From a virus, in the IMG/VR virus record IMGVR_UViG_3300005529_000034, positions 392 to 64,391 of that record: a stretch of 64,000 nt of DNA. One strand, given 5' to 3'. The notes under the pieces were generated by a model. The model ran no database searches, was not told the DNA's origin, and saw nothing but the letters and a program-made list of their open reading frames with translations. The translations under genes and the position numbers were made by a program. Shown in pieces: positions 8,811-18,175 of the stretch. The stretch's first letter is position 1; every line of letters begins with the position of its first letter.

Positions 8811-11041
8811 GCCGCCTACATCTGGATATCGAGACATACAGCGAATGCGAGCTGAAGCGGGCCGGCGTATACGCCTATGCAGAGCACCCCACTACGGAGG
8901 CGCTCTGTCTTTGCTTTGCGCTGGATGACGGGCCGGCGGAGTTATGGGTCCCGCCCAATCCCGTCATTCTGGATGATCCCGAGGCCCTCACGAAGTGCCT
9001 GGATGAGGTCCGCAGGCGCCACCCCACGGCGGTCATTCATCTCGGCTCTATTCCTAAACGCTTATTGGAGCATAACGACCAAGTCGCGGCCCATAACGCG
9101 CAATTCGAGCGCGTTGTGCTGAATGGCGAAGCGGGGGACAAGATCAACTTCCCGGCGCTCGACATCTCCCAAATGATATGCACAGCGGCGAAGACGCGCA
9201 TGCATGGCCTCCCCGGTGCGTTGAAGGACGCAGCGGAGGCGCTGGATACACATCGCAAGGACGATACAGCGCGCGGTACCATGCTGAGTCTCTCGAAACC
9301 TCGCACCGGCAAGGTGAAGCGCTTTCCGATGTCCGAGGCCTGGGAGAAGTATGCCCATCTCTTCGCCTACTGCTTGGATGACGTGCTCGCCGAACGGGCG
9401 ATAGATAGCAAGCTATCCGACTTGCCGCCGGATGAGATGGATGTCTGGCGTTTGGATCAAACAATTAACGACCGCGGCGTCCTGGTCGATGTGCCGATGA
9501 TCAAGATTATCCAGGCGCTGATTGAGGAGTATCAGCGCGAGCTGTTGGCGATTTGCCGCAAGCTTACCGGCGGAGTCTATGACGAATGGGATGACGACTG
9601 GCAGGGCGGTCTGAATCCGAGCCAGCGGGAGAAGATTGCGGAATGGGTCCGGACTCATGGCTATCCGCAGCTCCTCGACATGACCGCAGATACCGTGCGG
9701 TCGGTCCTGAAGGATGAGGCCTGCCCGGATGACGTGAAGATCATCTTGCGGGTGTATTCGACGTACGGCATGAAAGCCGTCAGCAAGTATCAGACGATGC
9801 TCGACGCCATGTGCGCGGATCACCGTATCCGCGGCATGTTTCTGTATTACGGCGCCGGCACCGGGCGCTGGTCTTCCCTGATCGTGCAATTGCAGAATCT
9901 CTTCCGCCCCGTGATCAAGAATTGCGACACGGCGATTGAGACCATGCGCGCGGGTCTGAATGCCCTGCGGGAGTTGCACCCGCAGGTCGATCCTATGAAG
10001 GTCATCGCCTCTTGCGTTCGCGGCATGCTGGTTCCCAAGCCCGGCTACACGCTGCAGGCGATGGACTTCTCCGGAGTGGAATCGCGCATCCTGGCATGGC
10101 TCTTTGACGAGGAATGGAAACTCGACCTCTTTAAGCGGGTGGACGCCGATGAGACGCAGCCGGACAACTACGAAGCGGCGTACGCCATGTGTTTCGGCAT
10201 GCGCCCGGAGGATGTGGAGAAGGATCAGCGCCAAATCGGTAAACCCATCGACCTCGCGTTGGGCTATGAGGGCGGTGTGGGCGCATTCGTTACGATGGCG
10301 CCCAATTACGGCGTAGACCTCAACGACCTCGTCCGCGCCCGTTCTGCGATGCCGCCCGCGGCCCTCGATTACGCGCAATGGATGTGGGACAACTGGGAAA
10401 GCAAGCGCGGCAACCCGAGCGGCCTCAAATGGGATGTCTATACGACCATTGAGGCGATCAAGTTCCAATGGCGTGAGGGCCATCCGGCCGTCAAGCAGGG
10501 CTGGAAAGACCTGCTCGCCGCCGCGAAGCTCGCCGTGAAGAACCCCGGCGCGGTCTTCATGCTCGCGAACAAGAAAATCAAGTTCCAAGTGCAGGGCGAT
10601 TGGCTGCTCATGCGGCTCCCCTCGGGTCGGCGCTTGCGATACTACAAGCCGCGACTCGATTCGAAAGAACCAAAGAAGGTAATGGAGGCCCGGCTCGCCA
10701 AGGACAAGAACAGCCAGCCCGAGCTGCAGCATCTAGACCTCACATACCTCGGCATAGATACCGAGACCCGGCAGTGGCGGCGCACCGGCACCTACGGCGG
10801 CAAGCTCACGGAGAACGCCGTCCAAGCTATCGCGGGGGACCTCCTGCGCGGGGCCATGCTGCGGTTAGAGCGGGCTGGCTACTCCATCGTCATGACGATC
10901 CATGACGAGGTCGTGTCCGAAGTGCATGACGACTTCGGTTCGCTTGAGGAAGGCAAGCGGATCATGTTACAGCCCGAGCCCTGGGCTATCGGATTACCGT
11001 TAAACGCGGAAGGCTTCCGCGCCAAGAGGTTCAAGAAGTGA
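8807..11041 (+). CDS. polA: family A DNA polymerase with 3'-5' exonuclease
   Basis: exo motifs LDIET, AHNAQFE, YCLDDV; motif A DFSGVESR, motif B RQIGKPIDLALGY, motif C IHDEV. Confidence 0.97.
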   Translation: MSRLHLDIETYSECELKRAGVYAYAEHPTTEALCLCFALDDGPAELWVPPNPVILDDPEALTKCLDEVRRRHPTAVIHLGSIPKRLLEHNDQVAAHNAQFERVVLNGEAGDKINFPALDISQMICTAAKTRMHGLPGALKDAAEALDTHRKDDTARGTMLSLSKPRTGKVKRFPMSEAWEKYAHLFAYCLDDVLAERAIDSKLSDLPPDEMDVWRLDQTINDRGVLVDVPMIKIIQALIEEYQRELLAICRKLTGGVYDEWDDDWQGGLNPSQREKIAEWVRTHGYPQLLDMTADTVRSVLKDEACPDDVKIILRVYSTYGMKAVSKYQTMLDAMCADHRIRGMFLYYGAGTGRWSSLIVQLQNLFRPVIKNCDTAIETMRAGLNALRELHPQVDPMKVIASCVRGMLVPKPGYTLQAMDFSGVESRILAWLFDEEWKLDLFKRVDADETQPDNYEAAYAMCFGMRPEDVEKDQRQIGKPIDLALGYEGGVGAFVTMAPNYGVDLNDLVRARSAMPPAALDYAQWMWDNWESKRGNPSGLKWDVYTTIEAIKFQWREGHPAVKQGWKDLLAAAKLAVKNPGAVFMLANKKIKFQVQGDWLLMRLPSGRRLRYYKPRLDSKEPKKVMEARLAKDKNSQPELQHLDLTYLGIDTETRQWRRTGTYGGKLTENAVQAIAGDLLRGAMLRLERAGYSIVMTIHDEVVSEVHDDFGSLEEGKRIMLQPEPWAIGLPLNAEGFRAKRFKK

Positions 11042-11355
11042 CGACGAGCAAGCGGGTATTCCGCGAGTACCAGATTGAATCTTACTGCAAGCAGGTCGCC
11101 AAAAAGCGCGGCTGGTGGGTCAGCAAATTCGTCAGCCCGTCGAGGAGGTCGATGCCTGATGATATTTTTATCAAGCAGGGGCGCGTCTTCTTCGTCGAGT
11201 TCAAAGCGACGGACGGCGTAGTCACTGCAAATCAGGCAGCCTTACATAAGGAGCTACGGGATCACGGGGCTACGGTCTACGTCATCAGCGACCGCGAGGA
11301 GTTCATGAAGGTACTGGACACGGAGGACTTTGCCCTGGAGATGGCCGGAGGATGA
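11038..11355 (+). CDS. VRR-NUC domain nuclease
   Basis: E..IE, MPDDIF, FFVEFKA, Q..LH.EL. Confidence 0.9.
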   Translation: MTTSKRVFREYQIESYCKQVAKKRGWWVSKFVSPSRRSMPDDIFIKQGRVFFVEFKATDGVVTANQAALHKELRDHGATVYVISDREEFMKVLDTEDFALEMAGG

Positions 11356-12752
11356 GAGAACGGGGAGACTTATACCCGTATCAAAATCGAGTCGTAGAGT
11401 TCATCAAGTCCCACGAGAACTGCGCCATCTGGGTAGACCCCGGACTCGGCAAGACAGTTTCGACCCTCACCGCCTTTGCTGATTTGCGCGACGCGTTCGA
11501 CGCGGAGCGGATGCTCGTCGTAGCACCGCTTCGCGTCGCGCGTCGTGTTTGGCATGCAGAGGTGCAGGACTGGGCGCACTTGCAAGGGCTCACGGTCTCG
11601 CGCATCGTCGGTACGGAGAAGCAGCGGCTTGCGGCTATGGCGCAGCCCGCCCACATTCACACGATCAACCGGGAAAACGTTCAATGGCTGGAAAACTACA
11701 TCGCCCCCAATCGCAAGCAAGTGCGGCCCTGGCCGTGGGACCTCGTGACGCTCGACGAATCACAAAGCTTCAAGAGTCAATCATCTCAAAGATGGAAGAG
11801 TTTACGGCGATTGCGGAAATTGTTTCCCAGGTGCGTAGAACTCACGGGTACAGCCGCGCCCAATGGGTATGGCGATCTATGGTCGCAGATGTTTTTGCTA
11901 GATCGTGGCGCGAGGCTGGGGCAAACGGAGACCGCCTATAGGGACCGCTGGTTTAATCCGCCCGAGTTCGGCGGCTTCACCTGGACTATCAAGGAGCATG
12001 CCAAGGCCGAGATTCAGCAGGCCGTGGCGGATATCACACTCGTCATGCGAGCCGAGGATTACCTCGACCTCCCGCCGGTTCAATACAACCGCATCAGCGT
12101 GCCGCTCTCGCCGGCCATCATGAAGAAGTACCGCGCACTTTCCCGGGAATATATTCTTGAATTGGGCAGCGGTAAGCTGGTGACGGCCGTCAATGCGGGC
12201 GTCTGCCGCAGCAAGCTCCTGCAGCTCGCGAACGGCGCGATTTATGTCGATGAACGCAAATACGAGGTCCTGCACGATGAAAAGCTCGAAGCCCTCGCCG
12301 AAGTGCTCGAAGGGTTGCCCCGACCTGCACTTATCGCCTACGCGTTCCGCCATGATCGCGAGCGCCTTGCGCGCTTCATGGGAAAATTCTGCGGGTCCCA
12401 CGCTCGATTTGCGTTCCTTGATAACGACCGGGCGTTTGATCTATTTGCTGCGGGGCAGCTCGATTACGGAATTGCCCATCCAGGCAGTATGGGTCACGGA
12501 CTAAATGACCTGTACCGTAGCGGCGCAGAACACGCGGTATGGTTTGGCCTTACGGATAATTTGGAGTACTACTTACAATTTAATGCCCGCCTGACGGGCG
12601 GACACAGAAGACGGGGCAAAGCTATTGTAATCCATCACATATTGTGTGATGATACGCAGGACGAAGAGACGTACAGCCTGATCACGCGCAAGGGCGCGAC
12701 TCAGGACGACCTAACGAGCAGTCTTGTTCGTTTGGCGCGGGAGACAACGTGA
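11352..12752 (+). CDS. SNF2-family helicase
   Basis: Walker A PGLGKT, LDESQ, LTGT, C-terminal helicase motifs (GHGLN, QFNARL). Confidence 0.92.
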   Translation: MRERGDLYPYQNRVVEFIKSHENCAIWVDPGLGKTVSTLTAFADLRDAFDAERMLVVAPLRVARRVWHAEVQDWAHLQGLTVSRIVGTEKQRLAAMAQPAHIHTINRENVQWLENYIAPNRKQVRPWPWDLVTLDESQSFKSQSSQRWKSLRRLRKLFPRCVELTGTAAPNGYGDLWSQMFLLDRGARLGQTETAYRDRWFNPPEFGGFTWTIKEHAKAEIQQAVADITLVMRAEDYLDLPPVQYNRISVPLSPAIMKKYRALSREYILELGSGKLVTAVNAGVCRSKLLQLANGAIYVDERKYEVLHDEKLEALAEVLEGLPRPALIAYAFRHDRERLARFMGKFCGSHARFAFLDNDRAFDLFAAGQLDYGIAHPGSMGHGLNDLYRSGAEHAVWFGLTDNLEYYLQFNARLTGGHRRRGKAIVIHHILCDDTQDEETYSLITRKGATQDDLTSSLVRLARETT

Positions 12753-12952
12753 AGATTACAGTAGCCAGTTTGCTCCTGGCTTTGGTCTCGGCTTGCTCTA
12801 TGCAGGACCCTCCCGAGCGGCCTCCAAACCGCTCGGAAGAGTACCGTGTAGCGCGGAAGTGCGTCTATGTCGGGCTTGTGCCCGAGACGCGTAATGGCGA
12901 GACCGTCTGCCGTTTACCTCGCTCCGATGGACAAGGAACCCATCAACCATGA
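12749..12952 (+). CDS. small lipoprotein
   Basis: MKITVASLLLALVSA-C lipobox. Confidence 0.6.
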   Translation: MKITVASLLLALVSACSMQDPPERPPNRSEEYRVARKCVYVGLVPETRNGETVCRLPRSDGQGTHQP

Positions 12953-12965
12953 GAGCGAGGTATCT

Positions 12966-14321
12966 ATGCATCCCTATGAGGCCGTCATGCGGGCGGCCGA
13001 CCAGATTGAGGCCCATCCGGACCTCTATTCCCTACACGCGGCCTGCGTTCCCACGGACCCCCGCGGCGTTGCTTGTCTGCTCGGGCGCATTGGCGCCATC
13101 GCGGGTATCGGCCTAGGCCTGGACTCCGGCGTCCGCGGGCCTGCTATGGAGGCGGTCTGCGAATACCTGGGCATTGAGCCCGTGGCTTTTAAGCGGTACA
13201 AGCTCATTGTGGGCGAATTCGAGGGAGGCGGCTGGAGCCAGTTCATTACGGAAGTTGAGGATTTTTCCCGGGAAGTCGAGTTCTTCCGGCGCCTCTTCGG
13301 TGATTCGTCGCAGACTATGGTGTTGGCGGAGATGCCAACTGCCGCCGCGTCAATGTTGCGGACGTACGCCCGCAAATATCTCCGCGCCCCGGAAATCGAT
13401 TCGCTCGTCAAGAAGCTCGTTCGACGCGTCGCAGTACCGGCTGCAGTCGCGCTCGCCGCCATTCTCGTACCGCATCCTGCGCCTGCCCAGACCGCAAGCT
13501 CTGATGTCGTGCTCGCATGTCCCGGCTGGTGGGGCGTCTCGGGCGGCATCTCGACGAGCTGCACGGGCTGCAGCAAGCCCATCTGGACGAAGCCCGACGC
13601 CAATGACCCCGTCAAGACCGATGGCAATCAATACTGGAAAGCCCTCGGTCAGTTGAAGCCGACGGATCACGTTATAACGAATACCGGTAAAGCAGAGGGC
13701 AGCCTCGCCAACTGCGCCGATTCGACCAACGTCGTGAAGACCGTCTCGCAGATTTACGGCACGACTACAACGCCGCCCCCGCCTCCTCCACCGACGACCT
13801 CTGATCCACCCGGCACACTCATCTGGACAACGCCAACCACGCAATGTGCCGATGGAACACCAATCACGAATTGCGCCATATCGGGGTACCGAATTGAGTA
13901 CGGCCAGACCGACTTCTCCAAGGCCGTTCTAGTCGACGCGAATACACTGAAGTACACACTAACCGGGCTTGCCGTGGGAACATGGCAGGCCCGTGTTGTT
14001 TCTATCAGCACCGATTCAACCGGTAAGCAGTACTTCAGTCTGCCGAGCAACTCCGTCTCCTTCCAGATTACGACGCCGCCTCCCGCGCCTGTCTTCCTCA
14101 CGCTCGCAGGTCCCGTGTTCGAGGCCGTGTTGCCTCTTACCGGCACCGCGCTCGTAAAGGGAAATCAGGAGGGCACGATCATCGGAGGCAAAACCTGTGG
14201 CACCGAAATCTTCCTCGAAGGCACGACGAGCTACCGCAATATCCTTGAAGCAGATGCAGCCTTGGCTAGCCCAACGTACCGAGGACGCCAGCACGTTGCA
14301 GCGTGCGCAAGCGTTCCGTAG
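12966..14321 (+). CDS. membrane-anchored fibronectin type III domain protein
   Basis: GAGG RBS before ATG 12966; internal KKLVRR plus hydrophobic segment; Pro-rich linker; FN3 pattern LIWTTP..GYRIEYG..YTLTGL..GTW.ARV.S. Confidence 0.7.
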   Translation: MHPYEAVMRAADQIEAHPDLYSLHAACVPTDPRGVACLLGRIGAIAGIGLGLDSGVRGPAMEAVCEYLGIEPVAFKRYKLIVGEFEGGGWSQFITEVEDFSREVEFFRRLFGDSSQTMVLAEMPTAAASMLRTYARKYLRAPEIDSLVKKLVRRVAVPAAVALAAILVPHPAPAQTASSDVVLACPGWWGVSGGISTSCTGCSKPIWTKPDANDPVKTDGNQYWKALGQLKPTDHVITNTGKAEGSLANCADSTNVVKTVSQIYGTTTTPPPPPPPTTSDPPGTLIWTTPTTQCADGTPITNCAISGYRIEYGQTDFSKAVLVDANTLKYTLTGLAVGTWQARVVSISTDSTGKQYFSLPSNSVSFQITTPPPAPVFLTLAGPVFEAVLPLTGTALVKGNQEGTIIGGKTCGTEIFLEGTTSYRNILEADAALASPTYRGRQHVAACASVP

Positions 14322-14461
14322 TCCAGGCGTACGGGTGTGGCTTCGCGGTCGGGGCTCGAAGCGAAAGGAGGTTCAACCGACCTACCGGTCAACGATGTAT
14401 GTGATGACATCTTTCGGCATCTACAAGATTTAGAGAGTTCACATGGCGAGGAGGGAATCAG

Positions 14462-15316
14462 ATGATCGAGTACACGCATGGCGGTCGGACATATTACGCA
14501 AGCAGACTTGCACCGCCCCAAGCCATCACGATTTTGCAAGGCATAGTCGGTTCCACGGTTCACGGGACCAATCTAGCCGGCTCGGACGACACCGACGAAA
14601 TGGGTATTGTCATCGAGCCCCGCGAGTATGTCATTGGACTCAAGGACTGGGAGTCATCGACGATCCGCACACAGCCTGACGGAGTGTCCTCTGGACCGGG
14701 AGACGTAGACCTCTCGGTGCATTCGCTGCGCAAGTTCGCTCGGCTCGCGGCGGGCGGCAATCCGTCAATACTTATTCCACTGTTCATCCCGAAGGAGTTC
14801 ATCCGCATCGAGACGGATATCGGCACGGAGCTGCGCCAGCATCGCGAGATGTTCCTCTCGCAGGTCTGCGGGCAGGCGTTCCTTGGCTATCTGCATTCGC
14901 AGCGCAAGCGCATGTGCGGTGAGTCGGGTGGCCGGCACGGGCGACCCCGGCAGGAGCTGATCGATCAGCACGGCTTCGATACGAAGTACGGCGGCCACAT
15001 TATCCGCCTCGGGCTACAGGGGATCGAGCTGATGACGGAGGGCGTTCTGACCTTACCGATGCGGCGCCGTGATCGCGAAGAAGTGCTCGCGGTACGCATG
15101 GGTAAGACGCCCGCTGAGGAAGTCCTCCAGCGCGCCGAGGCGCTGGAGCAGCATCTCCACTCGCTAATGGAGCATAAGAAATCGCCGCTGCCTGAAAAGC
15201 CGCAATGGGATCGCATCAACGATTTCCTGTCGAAGATGTATACGCTGGCGTGGCATCGACAGGAGGCGGCCGACGCCATGCATGAGCGGCAGGCGCGAGC
15301 CGCGAACGAGGCGTGA
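14462..15316 (+). CDS. Pol-beta superfamily nucleotidyltransferase (RlaP-like)
   Basis: GS.VHG....SD.D..G, L.KF..LA..GNP, DTKYG.HIIRL..QG.ELM. Confidence 0.85.
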   Translation: MIEYTHGGRTYYASRLAPPQAITILQGIVGSTVHGTNLAGSDDTDEMGIVIEPREYVIGLKDWESSTIRTQPDGVSSGPGDVDLSVHSLRKFARLAAGGNPSILIPLFIPKEFIRIETDIGTELRQHREMFLSQVCGQAFLGYLHSQRKRMCGESGGRHGRPRQELIDQHGFDTKYGGHIIRLGLQGIELMTEGVLTLPMRRRDREEVLAVRMGKTPAEEVLQRAEALEQHLHSLMEHKKSPLPEKPQWDRINDFLSKMYTLAWHRQEAADAMHERQARAANEA

Positions 15317-15356
15317 GAGTCTGCACGGACTTCCGACCGACGAATGAAAGGGCACG

Positions 15357-15791
15357 GTGATGCTGTTCCGCAAGAAGATTTTCCTGACGCTCCAATCCAT
15401 ACTGGTGGAACTCCAGCAGATTAGGGCGCAGGTCCGACGGATCAATGAGTACCAATTCCGCACACTGAGAAGGGTAGAAGCAATGAACACAACTCTCACG
15501 GATCAACAGCAGGCCTTCGCCGCTCTGCAAGCCGAGGTCGCACGCGAGACGGACATCGTCTCGTCGATCAATCTCGCGTTCCAGGGGCTGCAGGATCAGA
15601 TTAGCGCCCTCCTGAGCACACATGGCGACTCAGTGCCGGCTAGCGCCATTCGGGACCTCCTGGCGCAGCAGAAGGGCTTTAACGACGCGCTGACGGCAGC
15701 CGCCGTCGCCAATACCCAGGCCGCTGCACCGCCCGCGGGAAATGGTACTGGGGGAGGCGCTGAGCCGGCCCCCGAGCCCGCTTCAGCTTGA
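15357..15791 (+). CDS. hypothetical coiled-coil protein
   Basis: long ORF followed by terminator; start could be 15483. Confidence 0.6.
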   Translation: MMLFRKKIFLTLQSILVELQQIRAQVRRINEYQFRTLRRVEAMNTTLTDQQQAFAALQAEVARETDIVSSINLAFQGLQDQISALLSTHGDSVPASAIRDLLAQQKGFNDALTAAAVANTQAAAPPAGNGTGGGAEPAPEPASA

Positions 15792-15803
15792 GCTAGACAA
15801 AAG

Positions 15804-15842
15804 AAAAAAAGCCGGTAGGGTTGCCCCTTACCGGCCTTTTCT
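15804..15842. terminator. intrinsic terminator, possibly bidirectional
   Basis: A7 tract, GCCGGTAGGG-TTGC-CCCTTACCGGC, then CTTTTCT. Confidence 0.7.
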
Positions 15843-15850
15843 GGTATCAT
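15821..15850 (+). promoter_or_regulatory. sigma70-like promoter with extended -10
   Basis: TTGCCC-N18-TATCAT with TG one base upstream of the -10. Confidence 0.45.
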
Positions 15851-15857
15851 AATGTCA

Positions 15858-15969
15858 AGGCGTCGATTGTCGTCCAAGAGCAAGCCGGACCCGTTTAGGC
15901 GGCCCGCAGGTCGGTCGTCTCTTCCTGTGTCATGCGGGCCTCTGAATCCGGGGACGATGGTCGACGCCT
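15858..15969 (+). ncRNA. 112-nt rod-shaped structured RNA / csrA leader
   Basis: 15858-15875 pairs with 15952-15969 (18 bp, 3 G-U); CCGGA/TCCGG; GGCCCGCA/TGCGGGCC. Confidence 0.55.
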
Positions 15970-15995
15970 CCCCACCTCATCGAGGAGCAAGGTAT

Positions 15996-16205
15996 ATGCT
16001 CATCCTCACGAGACGCGTCGGCGAGACGGTCATGATCGGGAACGAGGTCACGGTTACAGTTCTGGGCGTCAAGGGCAATCAGGTGCGCATCGGCATCGCA
16101 GCCCCGAAGAATGTCGCCGTTCATCGCGAAGAGATTTACGCCCGGATTCAGGCGGAGCAGGTAGCTCTCGCCGCTCATCAGCGTAAGGAGGCGCCGCCCG
16201 AATGA
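15996..16205 (+). CDS. csrA: carbon storage regulator CsrA/RsmA
   Basis: [48 protein letters not shown], nearly canonical; GAGGAG RBS. Confidence 0.97.
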   Translation: MLILTRRVGETVMIGNEVTVTVLGVKGNQVRIGIAAPKNVAVHREEIYARIQAEQVALAAHQRKEAPPE

Positions 16206-17050
16206 GCGACCTACTAGAGCGAATTAGGGCCGCTCAAGTCGAGGCCGGCGAGCGCGCGGTCATGGAGGACCTGAGAGCCAAGGGGCTTGATACCGTGATA
16301 CAGGCAACTCCTGGGGCCGTCCGTGGAAGCGAGGCTTCGACTACGGGCGAGGCTTCGTGGCCCCGGGAGCTGCCCACCTCAAATGAGCGCGTCTCCGATG
16401 AACGGCTCAATGAACTGGCGACATTCTACGAATCGTCGCCGTGCGATGGCTCTGACGCCGAAGTTGCGTTGGCCCTGCGCGAGCTGGAGCAACGACGCGC
16501 TGCCGAGACGGCAGCGGAGCCTCGCGATGCCGAAATCAAGCGACTGAATGAGTTGGTAGCGAATCACGAGGAAGTGCATCGCGCTCTGCGCGAAATCCTC
16601 GCGCGATTCAACTCAGAAGACACTCGTGTCATGGCTCGACGTGCGATGGAGCGCATCGAAGACTTGGAGTCCGACTGCACACGGCTACACAAGCAGTTTA
16701 TGGAAGCGAAGTACGGGCCAGAGTCACCAGTGAAAACCGGGTGCATTTATTGCATGCGGCAGTCTGGCCACGATGACGGCTGCCCGTATTCATCTGAGAA
16801 AGCCGCAGAGCCTCAGTGCAAAGACCCGAGCGGATGTCCGTACGCGGCGGTTTGCACTCACAGCGGCGGCTGTCGATACGAAGCGCTTGGACTTGCTGAG
16901 AAAACAGCAGGTGATTGGGTGCCTCTAGGTGACGCCTATCCCGAGCAGAACGCTCCCATCATAATGCGCCGGACCGGTACGCCTCAAATCCCGCGGTGGG
17001 AGGTCTGGCGCTCAGCAACTTCTGCGAACCCGGCGCAGGAGCTGCCGTGA
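16202..17050 (+). CDS. hypothetical mosaic protein with Cys/His clusters
   Basis: coiled coil plus CIYC..GH...CP and C...GCP...C.H..GC segments. Confidence 0.6.
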   Translation: MSDLLERIRAAQVEAGERAVMEDLRAKGLDTVIQATPGAVRGSEASTTGEASWPRELPTSNERVSDERLNELATFYESSPCDGSDAEVALALRELEQRRAAETAAEPRDAEIKRLNELVANHEEVHRALREILARFNSEDTRVMARRAMERIEDLESDCTRLHKQFMEAKYGPESPVKTGCIYCMRQSGHDDGCPYSSEKAAEPQCKDPSGCPYAAVCTHSGGCRYEALGLAEKTAGDWVPLGDAYPEQNAPIIMRRTGTPQIPRWEVWRSATSANPAQELP

Positions 17051-17533
17051 AGTCTTCCCCGGATGGATGTACCTAATCCGATACATCTTGCAGACCGCCT
17101 CCATCGCGACGAGCGGTAGGAGGCGGGCTGTATCGAGGATCGAGAGATAGCAGGCCATGAACTGCGGGCCATGCTGCTCCTGATCTAAGTCGGCCGCGAT
17201 GACCCAGTGCAGGTGATGCGCTAGCTCGTGAGCCAGGACGATGAGGTCCAGGGAACCCCGTTTCGCCGGATTCAGGGTGATGATCGGGCGCTTTCCCGGG
17301 AAAGTGGGCGGAGCCCACTCGCCGGCCCAACGGCCGATATCTTTGAACACCAGCCGAGGCGGTCGTACCCCGTACTGCCGGCACACCATCCTTGCGAATC
17401 GCCGTAGCGTCCTCTGCGTGAGCGAGATATAGCCGCAAGAGCTAATCGCTTCGAACTCCATCCGGTAGACCCGATATTGCTGCGGGTCGGACTTCGGGCC
17501 GCGCTTAATCGGCCGTCGGTACTTCCTCCCCAT
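17012..17533 (-). CDS. zinc metallopeptidase-like protein (HExxH)
   Basis: LAHELAHH followed by QHGPQF, SprT-like arrangement. Confidence 0.65.
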   Translation of the reverse strand: MGRKYRRPIKRGPKSDPQQYRVYRMEFEAISSCGYISLTQRTLRRFARMVCRQYGVRPPRLVFKDIGRWAGEWAPPTFPGKRPIITLNPAKRGSLDLIVLAHELAHHLHWVIAADLDQEQHGPQFMACYLSILDTARLLPLVAMEAVCKMYRIRYIHPGKTSRQLLRRVRRSC

Positions 17534-17545
17534 AAGGCTCTCCCG

Positions 17546-17734
17546 TCATTCGTCGTTCTTCGACCGGTAGTACTGGACTGCGATCCACGCAATGCCGGCA
17601 ATACCCGACAGGATGCCGACGCATACTGAGATGAACTGCAGAACGGGAAGCGCGCTCGTCATAAAGCTAATCAATGTTCCGCCACCGCTAACCGCGGTAA
17701 GCCCTCCAGAAATCTTCACCGACGCCTCACTCAT
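17546..17734 (-). CDS. putative holin
   Basis: 62 aa, long hydrophobic segment, charged C-terminus, in lysis cassette. Confidence 0.55.
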   Translation of the reverse strand: MSEASVKISGGLTAVSGGGTLISFMTSALPVLQFISVCVGILSGIAGIAWIAVQYYRSKNDE

Positions 17735-17958
17735 GGAGCCGCCTCAAGGGCAGCGGCCCGGCACTGGTAATATTGCTGCGCGACTTCCAGCAGTTTCTGG
17801 GCCGTGGCGCCGAAAGAATTGTCACTCATTGGGGTGAGCATCGGGCACGCCGACATCACGAGCGGTGACGGGTTGGTTCGTAAGCGCGCCGTTGAGGGCG
17901 CGCATGCCGTCAGCAGAATTGACGCAACGGCTGTAATCAGGAACGGTGCGGACTTCAC
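17731..17958 (-). CDS. o-spanin (Rz1-like lipoprotein)
   Basis: LLTA-C lipobox, Pro/Cys pattern, overlaps i-spanin in another frame. Confidence 0.75.
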   Translation of the reverse strand: MKSAPFLITAVASILLTACAPSTARLRTNPSPLVMSACPMLTPMSDNSFGATAQKLLEVAQQYYQCRAAALEAAP

Positions 17959-18172
17959 GCTCTAGCACCTGTCGGGTAATTTGGTGAATGGGTTTCATCT
18001 TAGCGATGGCATCGGCTACTGCGCTCTGTGTGCGCTGCTCCACCGCTGCCATGAGCTGCTCGTCTCGGGCGTGTTTCGCGACCTCGTGCTCGGCGCCGAC
18101 TTTGATGCCGACAATGAACATGCCGGCGAGGGCCAGCAGTCCGGCGATAATTTTGACTGCGATGCTGTCCAT
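17822..18172 (-). CDS. i-spanin (Rz-like)
   Basis: N-terminal TM, coiled periplasmic part, C-terminal Cys. Confidence 0.75.
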   Translation of the reverse strand: MDSIAVKIIAGLLALAGMFIVGIKVGAEHEVAKHARDEQLMAAVEQRTQSAVADAIAKMKPIHQITRQVLEREVRTVPDYSRCVNSADGMRALNGALTNQPVTARDVGVPDAHPNE

Positions 18173-18175
18173 ACT

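Noticed and set aside
15858-15969. SRP (4.5S) RNA
   Set aside because: Similar length and rod shape, but the conserved GGAA tetraloop domain is missing.
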